Assembly: GCA_964016885.1 (NCBI GenBank) | Contig: OZ024745.1 | Span: 65,100,001-65,164,000 of the forward strand | Direction: 5' to 3' | Origin: Eledone cirrhosa | Taxonomy: Eukaryota | Length of the DNA stretch: 64,000 nt | Part shown: positions 13,201 through 28,039 of the stretch, piece by piece | How positions within the stretch are numbered: the first letter of the stretch is position 1 | Layout of the letters: each line of letters starts with the position of its first letter | Position numbers and translations under genes: made by a program | The notes under the pieces: generated by a model | What the model saw: only the letters and a program-made list of their open reading frames with translations | What the model was told of the DNA's origin: nothing | Database searches by the model: none

Positions 13201-16200
13201 ATTTTTTATTTGGAGGATCCATTATTTATTTGGGTGATCCATTTTTTATTTGGGTGATCCATTTTTTATTTGGGTGATCCATTTTTTATTTGGGTTGATC
13301 CCTTTTTTATTTGGGGGATCCATTTTTTATTTGGGTGATCCATTTTTTATTTTGGGGATCCATTTTTTATTTGGGTGATCCATTTTTTATTTGGGTGATC
13401 CATTTTTTATTTGGGTGATCCATTTTTTATTTGAGGGACCCATTTTATATTTGGGTGATCCATTTTTTATTTGGGTGATCCATTTTTTATTTGGGAGATC
13501 CATTTTTTATTTGGGGGATCCATTTTTTATTTGGGGGATCCATTTTTTATTTGGGGGATCCATTTTTTTATTTCGGGGATCCATTTTTTATTTGGGTGAT
13601 TCATTTTTTATTTGGGGGATCCATTTTTTATTTGGGTGATCCATTTTTTTTATTTGGGGGTCCATTTTTTATTTGGGTGATCCATTTTTTATTTGGGTGA
13701 TCCATTTTTTAATTGGGTGATCCATTTTTATTTGGGTGATCCATTTTTTACTTGGGGGATCCATTTTTTATTTGGGTGATCCATTTTTTATTTTGCTGAT
13801 TCATTTTTTATTTGGGTGATCCATTTTTTATTTGGGGGATCCATTTTTTATTTGGGTGAACCATTTTTTATTTGGGGGATCCATTTTTTATTTGGGTGAT
13901 CCATTTTTTATTTGGGTGATCCATTTTTTATTTGGGGGATCCATTTTTTATTTGGGTGATCCATTTTTTATTTGGGTGACCCATTTTTTATTTGGGGGAT
14001 CCATTTTTTATTTGGGGGATCCATTTTTTATTTGGGTGATCCATTTTTATTTGGAGATCCATTTTGTATTTGGGTGATCCATTTTGTATTTGGGGGATCC
14101 ATTTTTTAATTGGGTGATCCATTTTTTATTTGGGGGATCCATTTTTTATTTGGGAGATCCATTTTTTATTTGGGGGATCCATTGTTTATTTGGGTGATCC
14201 ATTTTTTATTTGGGTGATCCATTTTTTATTTGGGGGATCCATTTTTTATTTGGGTGATCCATTTTTTATTTGGGTGATCCATTTTTTATTTGGGTGATCC
14301 ATTTTTTATTTGTGGGATCCATTTTTTATTTGGGTGATCCATTTTTTATTTGGGGGATCCTTTTTTTATTTGGGTGATCCATTTTTTATTTGGGTGATCC
14401 ATTTTTTATTTGGGGGATCCATTTTTTATTTGGGTGATCCATTTTTTATTTGGGTGATACATTTTTTATTTGGGGGATCCATTTTTTATTTGGGTGATCC
14501 ATTTTTTATTTGGGTTGATCCCTTTTTTATTTGGGGGATCCATTTTTTATTTGGGTGATCCATTTTTTATTTGGGTTGATCCCTTTTTTATTTGGGGGAT
14601 CCATTTTTTATTTGGGTGATCCATTTTTTATTTGGGTGATCCATTTTTTATTTGAGGGATCCATTTTATATTTGGGTGATCCATTTTTTATTTGGGGGAT
14701 CCATTATTTATTTGGGTGATCCATTTTTTATTTGGGTGATCCATTTTTTATTTGGGGTATCCATTTTTTATTTGGGTGATCCATTTTTTATTTGGGTGAT
14801 CCATTTTTTATTTGGGGGATCCATTTTTTATTTGGGGGATCCATTTTTTATTTGGGTGATCCATTTTTATTTGGAGATCCATTTTGTATTTGGGTGATCC
14901 ATTTTTAATTTGGGTGATCCATTTTTTATTTGGGGGATCCATTTTTTATTTGGGTGATCCATTTTTTATTTGGGTGATCCATTTTTTATTTGGGGATCCA
15001 TTTTTTATTTGGGTGATCCATTTTTTATTTGGGTGATCCATTTTTTATTTGGGGGATACATTTTTTATTTGGGTGCTCCATTTTTTATTTGGGGGGTCCA
15101 TTTTTTATTTGGGGGATCCATTTTTATTTGGGTGATCCATTTTTTATTTGGGGGATCCATTTTTTATTTGGGTGATCCCTTTTTTATTTGGGGGATCCAT
15201 TTTTTATTTGGGTGATCCATTTTTTATTTGGGGGATCCATTTTTTATTTGGGGGATTCATTTTTTATTTGGGTGATCCATTTTTTATTAGGGGGATCCAT
15301 TTTTTATTTGGGTGATCCATTTTTATTTGGAGATCCATTTTTTATTTAGGTGATCCATTTTATAATTGGGTGATCCATTTTTTATTTGGGGGATCCATTT
15401 TTTATTTGGAGGATCCATTATTTATTTGGGTGATCCATTTTTTATTTGGGTGATCCATTTTTTATTTGGGTGATCCATTTTTTATTTGGGTTGATCCCTT
15501 TTTTATTTGGGGGATCCATTTTTTATTTGGGTGATCCATTTTTTATTTTGGGGATTCATTTTTTATTTGGGTGATCCATTTTTTATTTGGGTGATCCATT
15601 TTTTATTTGGGTGATCCATTTTTTATTTGGGTGATCCATTTTTTATTTGGGTGATCCATTTTTTATTTGAGGGACCCATTTTATATTTGGGTGATCCATT
15701 TTTTATTTGGGTGATCCATTTTTTATTTGGGGGATCCATTTTTTATTTGGGGGATCCATTTTTTATTTGGGGGATCCATTTTTTATTTGGGGGATCCATT
15801 TTTTATTTCGGGGATCCATTTTTTATTTGGGTGATTCATTTTTTATTTGGGGGATCCATTTTTTATTTGGGTGATCCATTTTTTTTATTTGGGGGTCCAT
15901 TTTTTATTTGGGTGATCCATTTTTTATTTGGGTGATCCATTTTTTAATTGGGTGATCCATTTTTATTTGGGTGATCCATTTTTTACTTGGGGGATCCATT
16001 TTTTATTTGGGTGATCCATTTTTTATTTTGCTGATTCATTTTTTATTTGGGTGATCCATTTTTTATTTGGGGGATCCATTTTTTATTTGGGTGAACCATT
16101 TTTTATTTGGGGGGATCCATTTTTTATTTGGTGATCCATTTTTTATTTGGGTGATCCATTTTTTATTTGGGGGATCCATTTTTTATTTGGGTGATCCATT

Positions 16201-18829
16201 TTTTATTTGGGGATCCATTTTTTATTTGGGGGATTCATTTTTTATTTGGGTGATCCATTTTTTATTAGGGGGATCCATTTTTTATTTGGGTGATCCATTT
16301 TTATTTGGAGATCCATTTTTTATTTAGGTGATCCATTTTATAATTGGGTGATCCATTTTTTATTTGGGGGATCCATTTTTTATTTGGAGGATCCATTATT
16401 TATTTGGGTGATCCATTTTTTATTTGGGTGATCCATTTTTTATTTGGGTGATCCATTTTTTATTTGGGTTGATCCCTTTTTTATTTGGGGGATCCATTTT
16501 TTATTTGGGGGATCCATTTTTTATTTGGGTGATCCATTTTTTATTTGGGTGATCCATTTTTTATTTGAGGGACCCATTTTATATTTGGGTGATCCATTTT
16601 TTATTTGGGTGATCCATTTTTTATTTGGGAGATCCATTTTTTATTTGGGGGATCCATTTTTTATTTGGGGGATCCATTTTTTATTTGGGGGATCCATTTT
16701 TTATTTCGGGGATCCATTTTTTATTTGGGTGATTCATTTTTTATTTGGGGGATCCATTTTTTATTTGGGTGATCCATTTTTTTTATTTGGGGGTCCATTT
16801 TTTATTTGGGTGATCCATTTTTTATTTGGGTGATCCATTTTTTAATTGGGTGATCCATTTTTATTTGGGTGATCCATTTTTTACTTGGGGGATCCATTTT
16901 TTATTTGGGTGATCCATTTTTTATTTTGCTGATTCATTTTTTATTTGGGTGATCCATTTTTTATTTGGGGGATCCATTTTTTATTTGGGTGAACCATTTT
17001 TTATTTGGGGGATCCATTTTTTATTTGGGTGATCCATTTTTTATTTGGGTGATCCATTTTTTATTTGGGGGATCCATTTTTTATTTGGGTGATCCATTTT
17101 TTATTTGGGTGATCCATTTTTTATTTGGGGGATCCATTTTTTATTTGGGGGATCCATTTTTTATTTGGGTGATCCATTTTTATTTGGAGATCCATTTTGT
17201 ATTTGGGTGATCCATTTTGTATTTGGGGGATCCATTTTTTAATTGGGTGATCCATTTTTTATTTGGGGGATCCATTTTTTATTTGGGAGATCCATTTTTT
17301 ATTTGGGGGATCCATTGTTTATTTGGGTGATCCATTTTTTATTTGGGTGATCCATTTTTTATTTGGGGGATCCATTTTTTATTTGGGTGATCCATTTTTT
17401 ATTTGGGTGATCCATTTTTTATTTGGGTGATCCATTTTTTATTTGTGGGATCCATTTTTTATTTGGGTGATCCATTTTTTATTTGGGGGATCCTTTTTTT
17501 ATTTGGGTGATCCATTTTTTATTTGGGTGATCCATTTTTTATTTGGGGGATCCATTTTTTATTTGGGTGATCCATTTTTTATTTGGGTGATCCATTTTTT
17601 ATTTGGGTGATCCATTTTTTATTTGGGGGATCCATTTTTTATTTGAGTGATCCATTTTTTATTTGGGGGATCCTTTTTTTATTTGGGTGATCCATTTTTT
17701 ATTTGGGTGATCCATTTTTTATTTGGGGGATCCATTTTTTATTTGGGGGATCCATTTTTTATTTGGGTGATCCATTTTTTATTTGGGTGATCCATTTTTT
17801 AATTGGGTGATCATTTTTTTATTTGGGGGATCCATTTTTTATTTGGGTGATCCATTTTTTAGTTGGGTGGTCCATTTTTTATTTGGGTGATCCATTCTTT
17901 ATTTGGTGGATCCATTTTTTATTTGGGTGATCCATTTTTTATTTGGGGATCCATTTTTTATTTGGGTGATCCATTTTTTATTTGGGTGATCCATTTTTTA
18001 TTTGGGGGATCCATTTTTTATTTGGGTGATTCATTTTTTATTTGGGGGGTCCATTTTTTATTTGGGGGATCCATTTTTATTTGGGTGATCCATTTTTTAT
18101 TTGGGGGATCCATTTTTTATTTGGGTGATCCATTTTTTATTTGGGTTGATCCCTTTTTTATTTGGGGGATCCATTTTTTATTTGGGTGATCCATTTTTTA
18201 TTTGGAGGATCCACTTTTTATTTGGGTGATCCATTTTTTATTTGAGGGATCCATTTTATATTTGTATGATCCATTTTTTATTTGGGGGATCCATTATTTA
18301 TTTGGGTGATCCATTTTTTATTTGGGTGATCCATTTTTTATTTGGGTGATCCATTTTTTATTTGGGTGATCCATTTTTTATTTGGGGGATCCATTTTTTA
18401 TTTGGGTGATCCATTTTTTATTTGGGTGATCCATTTTTTATTTGGGGGATCCATTTTTTATTTGGGTGATCCATTTTTTATTTGGGGGATCCATTTTTTA
18501 TTTGGGGGATCCATTTTTTATTTGGGTGAACCGTTTTTTCTTTGGGGGATCCATTTTTTATTTGGGTGATCCATTTTTTATTTGGGTGATCCATTTTTTA
18601 TTTGGGGGATCCATTTTTTATTTGGGTGATCCATTTTTTATTTGGGTGATCCATTTTTTATTTGGGTGATCAATTTTTTAATTGGGTGATCCATTTTTTA
18701 TTTGGGGGATCCATTTTTTATTTGGGTGATCCATTTTTTAGTTGGGTGGTCCATTTTTTATTTGGGTGATCCATTTTTTATTTGGGGGATCCATTTTTTA
18801 TTTGGGTGATCCATTTTTTATTTGGGGAT

Positions 18830-21800
18830 CCATTTTTTATTTGGGTGATCCATTTTTTAATTGGGTGATCCATTTTTTATTTGGGGGATCCATTTTTTAT
18901 TTGGGTGATCCATTTTTTAGTTGGGTGGTCCATTTTTTATTTGGGTGATCCATTTTTTATTTGGGGGATCCATTTTTTATTTGGGTGATCCATTTTTTAT
19001 TTGGGGATCCATTTTTTATTTGGGTGATCCATTTTTTATTTTGCTGATTCATTTTTTATTTGGGTGATCCATTTTTTATTTGGGGGATCCATTTTTTATT
19101 TGGGTGAACCATTTTTTATTTGGGGGATCCATTTTTTATTTGGGTGATCCATTTTTTATTTGGGTGATCCATTTTTTATTTGGGGGATCCATTTTTTATT
19201 TGGGTGATCCATTTTTTATTTGGGTGATCCATTTTTTATTTGGGGGATCCATTTTTTATTTGGGGGATCCATTTTTTATTTGGGTGATCCATTTTTATTT
19301 GGAGATCCATTTTGTATTTGGGTGATCCATTTTGTATTTGGGGGATCCATTTTTTAATTGGGTGATCCATTTTTTATTTGGGGGATCCATTTTTTATTTG
19401 GGTGATCCATTTTTATTTGGAGATCCATTTTGTATTTGGGGGATCAATTTTTTAATTGGGTGATCCATTTTTTATTTGGGGGATCCATTTTTTATTTGGG
19501 AGATCCATTTTTTATTTGGGGGATCCATTGTTTATTTGGGTGATCCATTTTTTATTTGGGTGATCCATTTTTTATTTGGGGGATCCATTTTTTATTTGGG
19601 TGATCCATTTTTTATTTGGGTGATCCATTTTTTATTTGGGTGATCCATTTTTTATTTGTGGGATCCATTTTTTATTTGGGTGATCCATTTTTTATTTGGG
19701 GGATCCTTTTTTTATTTGGGTGATCCATTTTTTATTTGGGTGATCCATTTTTTATTTGGGGGATCCATTTTTTATTTGGGTGATCCATTTTTTATTTGGG
19801 TGATACATGTTTTATTTGGGGGATCCATTTTTTATTTGGGTGATCCATTTTTTATTTGGGTTGATCCCTTTTTTATTTGGGGGATCCATTTTTTATTTGG
19901 GTGATCCATTTTTTATTTGGGTTGATCCCTTTTTTATTTTGGGGATCCATTTTTTATTTGGGTGATCCATTTTTTATTTGGGTGATCCATTTTTTATTTG
20001 AGGGATCCATTTTATATTTGGGTGATCCATTTTTTATTTGGGGGATCCATTATTTATTTGGGTGATCTATTTTTTATTTGGGTGATCCATTTTTTATTTG
20101 GGGGATCCATTTTTTATTTGGGTGATCCATTTTTTATTTGGGTGATCCATTTTTTATTTGGGGGATCCATTTTTTATTTGGGGGATCCATTTTTTATTTG
20201 GGTGATCCATTTTTATTTGGAGATCCATTTTGTATTTGGGTGATCCATTTTTAATTTGGGTGATCCATTTTTTATTTGGGGGATCCATTTTTTATTTGGG
20301 TGATCCATTTTTTATTTGGGTGATCCATTTTTTATTTGGGGATCCATTTTTTATTTGGGTGATCCATTTTTTATTTGGGTGATCCATTTTTTATTTGGGG
20401 GATACATTTTTTATTTGGGTGCTCCATTTTTTATTTGGGGGGTCCATTTTTTATTTGGGGGATCCATTTTTATTTGGGTGATCCATTTTTTATTTGGGGG
20501 ATCCATTTTTTATTTGGGTGATCCCTTTTTTATTTGGGGGATCCATTTTTTATTTGGGTGATCCATTTTTTATTTGGGGGATCCATTTTTTATTTGGGTG
20601 ATCCATTTTTTATTTGGGTGATCCATTTTTTATTTGGGGGATCCATTTTTTATTTGGGTGATCCATTTTTTATTTGGGTGATCCATTTTTTATTTGAGGG
20701 ACCCATTTTATATTTGGGTGATCCATTTTTTATTTGGGTGATCCATTTTTTATTTGGGAGATCCATTTTTTATTTGGGGCATCCATTTTTTATTTGGGGG
20801 ATCCATTTTTTATTTGGGGGATCCATTTTTTATTTGGGGGATCCATTTTTTATTTCGGGGATCCATTTTTTATTTGGGTGATTCATTTTTTATTTGGGGG
20901 ATCCATTTTTTATTTGGGTGATCCATTTTTTTTATTTGGGGGTCCATTTTTTATTTGGGTGATCCATTTTTTATTTGGGTGATCCATTTTTTATTTGGGG
21001 GATCCATTTTTTATTTGGGTGATCCATTTTTTATTTGGGGATCCATTTTTTATTTGGGTGATCCATTTTTTATTTGGGTGATCCATTTTTTATTTGGGGG
21101 ATACATTTTTTATTTGGGTGATCCATTTTTTATTTGGGGGGGTCCATTTTTTATTTGGGGGATCCATTTTTATTTGGGTGATCCATTTTTTATTTGGGGG
21201 ATCCATTTTTTATTTGGGTGATCCCTTTTTTATTTGGGGGATCCATTTTTTATTTGGGTGATCCATTTTTTATTTGGGGGATCCATTTTTTATTTGGGGG
21301 ATTCATTTTTTATTTGGGTGATCCATTTTTTATTAGGGGGATCCATTTTTTATTTGGGTGATCCATTTTTATTTGGAGATCCATTTTTTATTTAGGTGAT
21401 CCATTTTATAATTGGGTGATCCATTTTTTATTTGGGGGATCCATTTTTTACTTGGGGGATCCATTATTTATTTGGGTGATCCATTTTTTATTTGGGTGAT
21501 CCATTTTTTATTTGGGTGATCCATTTTTTATTTGGGTGATCCATTTTTTATTTGGGTGATCCATTTTTTATTTGGGGGATCCATTTTTTATTTGGGTGAT
21601 CCATTTTTTATTTGGGGGATCCATTTTTTATTTGGGTGATCCATTTTTTATTTGGGGGATCCATTTTTTATTTCGGGGATCCATTTTATATTTGGGTGAT
21701 TCATTTTTTATTTGGGGGATCCATTTTTTATTTTGGGTGATCCATTTTTTATTAGGGGGATCCATTTTTTATTTGGGTGATCCATTTTTATTTGTAGATC

Positions 21801-24800
21801 CATTTTTTATTTGGGTGATCCATTTTTTAATTGGATGATCCATTTTTTATTTGGGGGATACATTTTTTATTTGGGGGATCCATTATTTATTTGGGTGATC
21901 CATTTTTTATTTGGGTGATCCATTTTTTATTCGGGGGATCCATTTTTTATTTGGGTGATCCATTTTTTATTTGGGTGATCCATTTTTTAATTGGGGATCC
22001 ATTTTTTATTTAGTTGATCCATTTTTTAATTGGGTGATGCATTTTTTATTTGGGGGATCCATTTTTTATTTGGGGGATCCATTTTTTATTTGGGGGATCC
22101 ATTGTTTATTTGGGTGATCCATTTTTTATTTGGGTGATCCATTTTTTATTTGGGGGATCCATTTTGTATTTGGGTGATCCATTTTTTATTTGGGTGATCC
22201 ATTTTTTATTTGGGTGATCCATTTTTTATTTGTGGGATCCATTTTTTATTTGGGTGATCCATTTTTTATTTGGGGGATCCTTTTTTTATTTGGGTGATCC
22301 ATTTTTTATTTGGGTGATCCATTTTTTATTTGGGGGATCCATTTTTTATTTGGGTGATCCATTTTTTATTTGGGTGATCCATTTTTTATTTGGGGGATCC
22401 ATTTTTTATTTGGGTGATCCATTTTTTATTTGGGGGATCCATTTTTTATTTGGGGGATCCATTTTTTATTTGGGTGATCCATTTTTTATATGGGTGATCC
22501 ATTTTTTATTTGGGGGGATCCATTTTTAATTTGGGTGATCCATTTTTTATTTGGGGGATCCATTTTTTATTTGGGTGATCCATTTTTTATTTGGGGGATC
22601 CATTTTTTATTTGGGTGATCCATTTTTTATTTGGGTGATCCATTTTTTAATTGGGTGATCCATTTTTTATTTGGGGGATCCATTTTTTATTTGGGTGATC
22701 CATTTTTTAGTTGGGTGGTCCATTTTTTATTTGGGTGATCCATTTTTTATTTGGGGGATCCATTTTTTATTTGGGTGATCCATTTTTTATTTGGGGATCC
22801 ATTTTTTATTTGGGTGATCCATTTTTTATTTTGCTGATTCATTTTTTATTTGGGTGATCCATTTTTTATTTGGGGGATCCATTTTTTATTTGGGTGAACC
22901 ATTTTTTATTTGGGGGATCCATTTTTTATTTGGGTGATCCATTTTTTATTTGGGTGATCCATTTTTTATTTGGGGGATCCATTTTTTATTTGGGTGATCC
23001 ATTTTTTATTTGGGTGATCCATTTTTTATTTGGGGGATCCATTTTTTATTTGGGGGATCCATTTTTTATTTGGGTGATCCATTTTTATTTGGAGATCCAT
23101 TTTGTATTTGGGTGATCCATTTTGTATTTGGGGGATCCATTTTTTAATTGGGTGATCCATTTTTTATTTGGGGGATCCATTTTTTATTTGGGTGATCCAT
23201 TTTTATTTGGAGATCCATTTTGTATTTGGGGGATCAATTTTTTAATTGGGTGATCCATTTTTTATTTGGGGGATCCATTTTTTATTTGGGAGATCCATTT
23301 TTTATTTGGGGGATCCATTGTTTATTTGGGTGATCCATTTTTTATTTGGGTGATCCATTTTTTATTTGGGGGATCCATTTTTTATTTGGGTGATCCATTT
23401 TTTATTTGGGTGATCCATTTTTTATTTGGGTGATCCATTTTTTATTTGTGGGATCCATTTTTTATTTGGGTGATCCATTTTTTATTTGGGGGATCCTTTT
23501 TTTATTTGGGTGATCCATTTTTTATTTGGGTGATCCATTTTTTATTTGGGGGATCCATTTTTTATTTGGGTGATCCATTTTTTATTTGGGTGATACATGT
23601 TTTATTTGGGGGATCCATTTTTTATTTGGGTGATCCATTTTTTATTTGGGTTGATCCCTTTTTTATTTGGGGGATCCATTTTTTATTTGGGTGATCCATT
23701 TTTTATTTGGGTTGATCCCTTTTTTATTTTGGGGATCCATTTTTTATTTGGGTGATCCATTTTTTATTTGGGTGATCCATTTTTTATTTGAGGGATCCAT
23801 TTTATATTTGGGTGATCCATTTTTTATTTGGGGGATCCATTATTTATTTGGGTGATCTATTTTTTATTTGGGTGATCCATTTTTTATTTGGGGGATCCAT
23901 TTTTTATTTGGGTGATCCATTTTTTATTTGGGTGATCCATTTTTTATTTGGGGGATCCATTTTTTATTTGGGGGATCCATTTTTTATTTGGGTGATCCAT
24001 TTTTATTTGGAGATCCATTTTGTATTTGGGTGATCCATTTTTAATTTGGGTGATCCATTTTTTATTTGGGGGATCCATTTTTTATTTGGGTGATCCATTT
24101 TTTATTTGGGTGATCCATTTTTTATTTGGGGATCCATTTTTTATTTGGGTGATCCATTTTTTATTTGGGTGATCCATTTTTTATTTGGGGGATACATTTT
24201 TTATTTGGGTGCTCCATTTTTTATTTGGGGGGTCCATTTTTTATTTGGGGGATCCATTTTTATTTGGGTGATCCATTTTTTATTTGGGGGATCCATTTTT
24301 TATTTGGGTGATCCCTTTTTTATTTGGGGGATCCATTTTTTATTTGGGTGATCCATTTTTTATTTGGGGGATCCATTTTTTATTTGGGTGATCCATTTTT
24401 TATTTGGGTGATCCATTTTTTATTTGGGGGATCCATTTTTTATTTGGGTGATCCATTTTTTATTTGGGTGATCCATTTTTTATTTGAGGGACCCATTTTA
24501 TATTTGGGTGATCCATTTTTTATTTGGGTGATCCATTTTTTATTTGGGAGATCCATTTTTTATTTGGGGCATCCATTTTTTATTTGGGGGATCCATTTTT
24601 TATTTGGGGGATCCATTTTTTATTTGGGGGATCCATTTTTTATTTCGGGGATCCATTTTTTATTTGGGTGATTCATTTTTTATTTGGGGGATCCATTTTT
24701 TATTTGGGTGATCCATTTTTTTTATTTGGGGGTCCATTTTTTATTTGGGTGATCCATTTTTTATTTGGGTGATCCATTTTTTATTTGGGGGATCCATTTT

Positions 24801-26620
24801 TTATTTGGGTGATCCATTTTTTATTTGGGGATCCATTTTTTATTTGGGTGATCCATTTTTTATTTGGGTGATCCATTTTTTATTTGGGGGATACATTTTT
24901 TATTTGGGTGATCCATTTTTTATTTGGGGGGGTCCATTTTTTATTTGGGGGATCCATTTTTATTTGGGTGATCCATTTTTTATTTGGGGGATCCATTTTT
25001 TATTTGGGTGATCCCTTTTTTATTTGGGGGATCCATTTTTTATTTGGGTGATCCATTTTTTATTTGGGGGATCCATTTTTTATTTGGGGGATTCATTTTT
25101 TATTTGGGTGATCCATTTTTTATTAGGGGGATCCATTTTTTATTTGGGTGATCCATTTTTATTTGGAGATCCATTTTTTATTTAGGTGATCCATTTTATA
25201 ATTGGGTGATCCATTTTTTATTTGGGGGATCCATTTTTTACTTGGGGGATCCATTATTTATTTGGGTGATCCATTTTTTATTTGGGTGATCCATTTTTTA
25301 TTTGGGTGATCCATTTTTTATTTGGGTGATCCATTTTTTATTTGGGTGATCCATTTTTTATTTGGGGGATCCATTTTTTATTTGGGTGATCCATTTTTTA
25401 TTTGGGGGATCCATTTTTTATTTGGGTGATCCATTTTTTATTTGGGGGATCCATTTTTTATTTCGGGGATCCATTTTATATTTGGGTGATTCATTTTTTA
25501 TTTGGGGGATCCATTTTTTATTTTGGGTGATCCATTTTTTATTAGGGGGATCCATTTTTTATTTGGGTGATCCATTTTTATTTGTAGATCCATTTTTTAT
25601 TTGGGTGATCCATTTTTTAATTGGATGATCCATTTTTTATTTGGGGGATACATTTTTTATTTGGGGGATCCATTATTTATTTGGGTGATCCATTTTTTAT
25701 TTGGGTGATCCATTTTTTATTCGGGGGATCCATTTTTTATTTGGGTGATCCATTTTTTATTTGGGTGATCCATTTTTTAATTGGGGATCCATTTTTTATT
25801 TAGTTGATCCATTTTTTAATTGGGTGATGCATTTTTTATTTGGGGGATCCATTTTTTATTTGGGGGATCCATTTTTTATTTGGGGGATCCATTGTTTATT
25901 TGGGTGATCCATTTTTTATTTGGGTGATCCATTTTTTATTTGGGGGATCCATTTTGTATTTGGGTGATCCATTTTTTATTTGGGTGATCCATTTTTTATT
26001 TGGGTGATCCATTTTTTATTTGTGGGATCCATTTTTTATTTGGGTGATCCATTTTTTATTTGGGGGATCCTTTTTTTATTTGGGTGATCCATTTTTTATT
26101 TGGTGATCCATTTTTTATTTGGGGGATCCATTTTTTATTTGGGTGATCCATTTTTTATTTGGGTGATCCATTTTTTATTTGGGGGATCCATTTTTTATTT
26201 GGGTGATCCATTTTTTATTTGGGGGATCCATTTTTTATTTGGGGGATCCATTTTTTATTTGGGTGATCCATTTTTTATATGGGTGATCCATTTTTTATTT
26301 GGGGGGATCCATTTTTAATTTGGGTGATCCATTTTTTATTTGGGGGATCCATTTTTTATTTGGGTGATCCATTTTTTATTTGGGGGATCCATTTTTTATT
26401 TGGGTGATCCATTTTTTATTTGGGTGATCCATTTTTTAATTGGGTGATCCATTTTTTATTTGGGGGATCCATTTTTTATTTGGGTGATCCATTTTTTAGT
26501 TGGGTGGTCCATTTTTTATTTGGGTGATCCATTTTTTATTTGGGGGATCCATTTTTTATTTGGGTGATCCATTTTTTATTTGGGGATCCATTTTTTATTT
26601 GGGTGATCCATTTTTTATTT
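18830..26620. repeat. Near-perfect 3,790-bp tandem duplication (about 190 monomers)
   Basis: Constant offset of 3790 (19080/22870, 19656/23446, 20534/24324, 21831/25621). Shared private variants are ggatcaattt 19441/23231, tgatacatgt 19801/23591 and ggggcatcc at about 20776/24566. Confidence 0.93.
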
Positions 26621-28039
26621 GGGTGATCCATTTTTTATTTGGGGGATCCATTTTTTATTTGGGTGATTCATTTTTTAATTGGGGGGTCCATTTTTTATTT
26701 GGGGGATCCATTTTTATTTGGGTGATCCATTTTTTATTTGGGGGATCCATTTTTTATTTGGGTGATCCATTTTTTATTTGGGTTGATCCCTTTTTTATTT
26801 GGGGGATCCATTTTTTATTTGGGTGATCCATTTTTTATTTGGGGGATCCATTTTTATTTGGGTGATCCATTTTTTATTTGGGGGATCCATTTTTTATTTG
26901 AGTGATCCATTTTTTATTTGGGTTGATCCCTTTTTTATTTGGGGGATCCATTTTTTATTTGGGTGATCCATTTTTTATTTGGGTGATCCATTTTTTATTT
27001 GGGGGATCCATTTTTTATTTGGGTGATCCATTTTTTATTTGGGTGATCCATTTTTTATTTGAGGGATCCATTTTATATTTGGGTGATCCATTTTTTATAT
27101 GGGTGATCCATTTTTTATTTGGGGGATCCATTTTTTATTTGGGGGATCCATTTTTTATTTGGGGGATCCATTTTTTATTTGGGGGATCCATTTTTTATTT
27201 CGGGGATCCATTTTTTATTTGGGTGATTCATTTTTTATTTGGGGGATCCATTTTTTATTTGGGTAATCCATTTTTTTTATTTGGGGGTCCATTTTTTATT
27301 TGGGTGATCCATTTTTTATTTGGATGATCCATTTTTTAATTGGGTGATCCATTTTTATTTGGGTGATCCATTTTTTACTTGGGGGATCCATTTTTTATTT
27401 GGGTGATCCATTTTTTATTTTGCTGATTCATTTTTTATTTGGGTGATCCATTTTTTATTTGGGGGATCCATTTTTTATTTGGGTGAACCATTTTTTATTT
27501 GGGAGATCCATTTTTTATTTGGGTGATCCATTTTTTATTTGGGTGATCCATTTTTTATTTGGGGGATCCATTTTTTATTTGGGTGATCCATTTTTTATTT
27601 GGGTGATCCATTTTTTATTTGGGGGATCCATTTTTTATTTGGGGGATCCATTTTTTATTTGGGTGATCCATTTTTATTTGGAGATCCATTTTGTATTTGG
27701 GTGATCCATTTTTTAATTGGGTGATCCATTTTTTATTTGGGTGATCCATTTTTTATTTGGGTGGTCCATTTTTTATTTGGGTGATCCATTTTTTATTTGG
27801 GGGATCGATTTTTTATTTGGGTGATCCATTTTTTATTTGGGGATCCATTTTTTATTTGGGTGATCCATTTTTTATTTGGGTGATCCATTTTTTATTTGGG
27901 GGATCCATTATTTATTTGGGTGATCCATTTTTTATTTGGGTGATCCATTTTTTATTTGGGGGATCCATTTTTTATTTGGGTGATCCATTTTTTATTTGGG
28001 TGATCCATTTTTTATTTGGGGGATCCATTTTTTATTTGG

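Larger units (their letters stand above)
1..18520. repeat. About 6-kb block (1 to about 6130, truncated by the window start) repeated at about 12470-18520, with a third copy from about 35010
   Basis: Offsets are 12469 (462/12931, 1841/14310, 3598/16067), then 12389 after an 80-bp indel (4576/16965, 5474/17863), and 35009 to the third copy (462/35471, 5953/40962). Shared rare variants include ggggtatcc at about 2285/14754/37294 and ttgtatga at about 5873/18262/40882. Confidence 0.9.
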
